Shown: positions 7,087-8,856 of the stretch, in pieces
How positions within the stretch are numbered: the stretch's first letter is position 1
How the letters are laid out: each line of letters begins with the position of its first letter
Source of the DNA: Prasinococcaceae sp. CCMP 1430
Taxonomy: Eukaryota; Plantae; Prasinodermophyta
Length of the DNA: 8,856 bases
Assembly: GCA_013416795.1 (NCBI GenBank)
Contig: RQSC01000020.1
Location: 355,400-364,255, forward strand
Direction of reading: 5' to 3'
The notes under the pieces: model-generated
Told to the model about the DNA's origin: nothing
Database searches by the model: none
What the model saw: only the letters and a program-made list of their open reading frames with translations
Made by a program: the position numbers and the translations under genes

Positions 7087-7583
7087 ATCAGCGCGAATGC
7101 GCGTGCGCGCGCGTGCGCGTGTGTGCGCGTGCGTGTGCGCGTATTCGTGTGTGTGTGCGTGTGCGGACGAGTGTGTGCGTGTTCGTGCGCACGCGCGCGC
7201 GTGCGTGTAGCTGTGTGTGTGTGTGTGTGTGTGTGTTCGCGCGCGCACGCGAGCGCGCGAGCGCGCACCCTTCTTGCTGTCCCCCGTGCGCTCCGCCTCC
7301 TTCCTCGCCTTGCGCGCGATGCGCCCCTCGAGGTACTCCACGGGCCGCTCGACGTACACCACGAGGCCCGCCGCGCGCAGCGCCGCCGCCTTGCGCTCCG
7401 AGTACACCTCGTCGCCGCCCTCGCCGGCGGCGACGTCCACGACGATGCCGCCGCCGCAGTCGAGGAGCGTCCACTCGTCCAGCGCGCAGCACTTGCGCGC
7501 CACCTCGTACTCCAGGTCGCGAAAGCCCGACCAGCCGCCCGCGGCGACGATGTCCGCCACGTCCTGAACAGACCGCACGAGGG

Positions 7584-7615
<32 letters not shown>

Positions 7616-8432
7616 AGTGTGTGTGTGTGGATGCGTGTGTGTGTGCGTGTGTCAGCGTGCGCGCGTGTAAGCGTGTGTAAGCGTGTGTAAGCGCGTGCGC
7701 GTATGTGCATCGACGAGCGCACGTGCGCGCGGGCGCGCGTGGGCGCGCTGCCGCACCTTGCCGTCCGCCTCGTAGCGCATGAGGTAGTCGGTGGAGAGGC
7801 GCTCGAAGCGCTTCTCGCTGGCGGCGATGCGCCTGCTGATGGAGCTCTTGCCGCAGCCGCGCCCGCCGATGAGCACGAGCGCGGTGCCGCGGCCGCTCGC
7901 GGGCCAGTCGGCGGACCGCAGCGCCTCGGCGGTCTCCGCGTCGACGATGCCGCCCGCCGCCTCGGGCGCCCTCCGCNNNNNNNNNNNNNNNNNNNNNNNN
8001 NNNNNNNNNNNNNNNNNNNNNNNNNNNNNNNNNNNNNNNNNNNNNNNNNNNNNNNNNNNNNNNNNNNNNNNNNNNNNNNNNNNNNNNNNNNNNNNNNNNN
8101 NNNNNNNNNNNNNNNNNNNNNNNNNNNNNNNNNNNNNNNNNNNNNNNNNNNNNNNNNNNNNNNNNNNNNNNNNNNNNNNNNNNNNNNNNNNNNNNNNNNN
8201 NNNNNNNNNNNNNNNNNNGGCCGCGCCCGCGACCGGCGCGGCGAGCTCGACGGCGCGCTCGAAGGCCGCCTCGGCCTCCGCCCGCGCCTCGTCGTAGTCC
8301 TCCCCATCGCGCTCCTCCGCAACCTGAGAGGCGGGGCGTCAGCGGCGGAGCGCTCGCACGCGCGTGCGGGCACACACGGACGCAGACGAGCACGCACACA
8401 CGCCGCACGAAGGCACTCGGAAACACAGACAC

Positions 8433-8466
<34 letters not shown>

Positions 8467-8856
8467 GCACATACACACACACACACACAAAAACTCTAAC
8501 ATACACACACACACTAACACACGCACGCAGCGCACACATGCACACACACACGCGCGCGTGCGCACGCGCGCGCGCGCACGCGCGCGCGCACCTGCTCGTA
8601 CTCGTCGGCGTCGTCGGCGACCTCCTCTCGCTCCCCCTCCTCCGCCTCGGTCTCGTCGCGCGTCCACAGCACGCCCCCCATCTCGCGCGCCGCAACCGTG
8701 GGGGGCGCCGCGTCCACCGCCTCCACGCCCTCCTCCACCGCCTCCTCCTCCTCCTCCTCCTCATCGCGCGTCCAGAGCACCGCGCCGGCGGGTGCCACGA
8801 GGGAGGCGCCGCCCCCCGCGCCGGCGGCGTCGGCGGCTCGCGGGCCCGCGCGCCGC
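6773..8856 (-). CDS. Shikimate kinase (P-loop, SKI family) with an acidic N-terminal extension. Exons: >8856-8592, 8323-[N gap]-7757, 7563-7269, 6978-6773. Start lies outside the window.
   Basis: The spliced protein has ALVLIGGRGCGKS (Walker A), STD, DGK|DVADIVAAGGWSGFRDLE, DCGGG, GLVVYV, NRPQLS and RRDPWYRATAD. These are the SK substrate-binding Asp, FR, GGG, lid RP and R-x-P-x-Y motifs in the correct order. All three introns are GT-AG and keep frame, and the frame is also continuous across the 242-N gap at its stated length. Confidence 0.9.
6979..7268 (-). other. Spliceosomal intron (shikimate kinase, 290 nt, phase 1)
   Basis: GTGCGC donor, GCTGAT at 7092-7087, about 100 nt of AG-free CA repeat, and GCACAG acceptor. 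Joins KK-G-DANRP. Confidence 0.88.
7564..7756 (-). other. Spliceosomal intron (shikimate kinase, 193 nt, phase 0)
   Basis: AAG|GTGCGG donor, GCTGAC at 7656-7651, and TTCAG|GAC acceptor. Contains three near-tandem GCTTACAC(AC) units. Confidence 0.88.
7977..8218. other. Assembly gap (242 N) inside the shikimate kinase gene
   Basis: Run of N. Confidence 1.
8324..8591 (-). other. Spliceosomal intron (shikimate kinase N-terminal extension, 268 nt, phase 0)
   Basis: CAG|GTGCGC donor, a GT-rich body, then GCTGAC at 8343-8338 and CTCTCAG|GTT acceptor. Both flanks read as GC3-rich acidic exons. Confidence 0.85.

Noticed and set aside
1117-8667. Long ORF-track proteins with HTHT, CVCV or RARA runs (e.g. 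1117-2127, 2365-3423, 2737-4080, 6681-8486, 6886-8667)
   Set aside because: CA, GT and CG microsatellites contain no stop codons, and the shadow frames of GC3-rich genes stay open. They are not metal-binding His- or Cys-rich proteins.

Overview
This is eukaryotic, very GC-rich genomic DNA from a draft assembly, most likely a green alga. The evidence is a CAS gene, TGTAA poly(A)-type signals, (G/A)CTGA(C/T) branch points, GTG[A/C]G donors and third codon positions that are almost always G/C. Four intron-containing genes are recognisable, and each is interrupted by an assembly gap (single n at 1519, 3735 and 5844; 242 N at 7977-8218). They are a chloroplast calcium-sensing receptor CAS (+, 1508-2825), an ABC1/UbiB-family atypical kinase of ADCK1/5 type (-, 4778 to the gap at 3735), the last exon of complex I subunit ESSS/NDUFB11 (-, 5660-5538) and a shikimate kinase with a long acidic N-terminal extension (-, from beyond 8856 to 6773). 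An unrecognised 50-codon hydrophobic ORF (-, 3343-3191) has strong coding signature and its own TGTAA signal. Introns and spacers are packed with (CA)n, (GT)n and (CG)n tracts, which generate most of the long ORF-track entries (HT, CV and RA repeats); these are artefacts. The best leads are the microprotein, introns with distant branch points followed by AG-free CA tracts, a GT/CA fold-back intron, apparent ~155-175 nt spacing of CG runs, and an AroL/AROM-like shikimate kinase. All family calls come from motif recall, not database searches.
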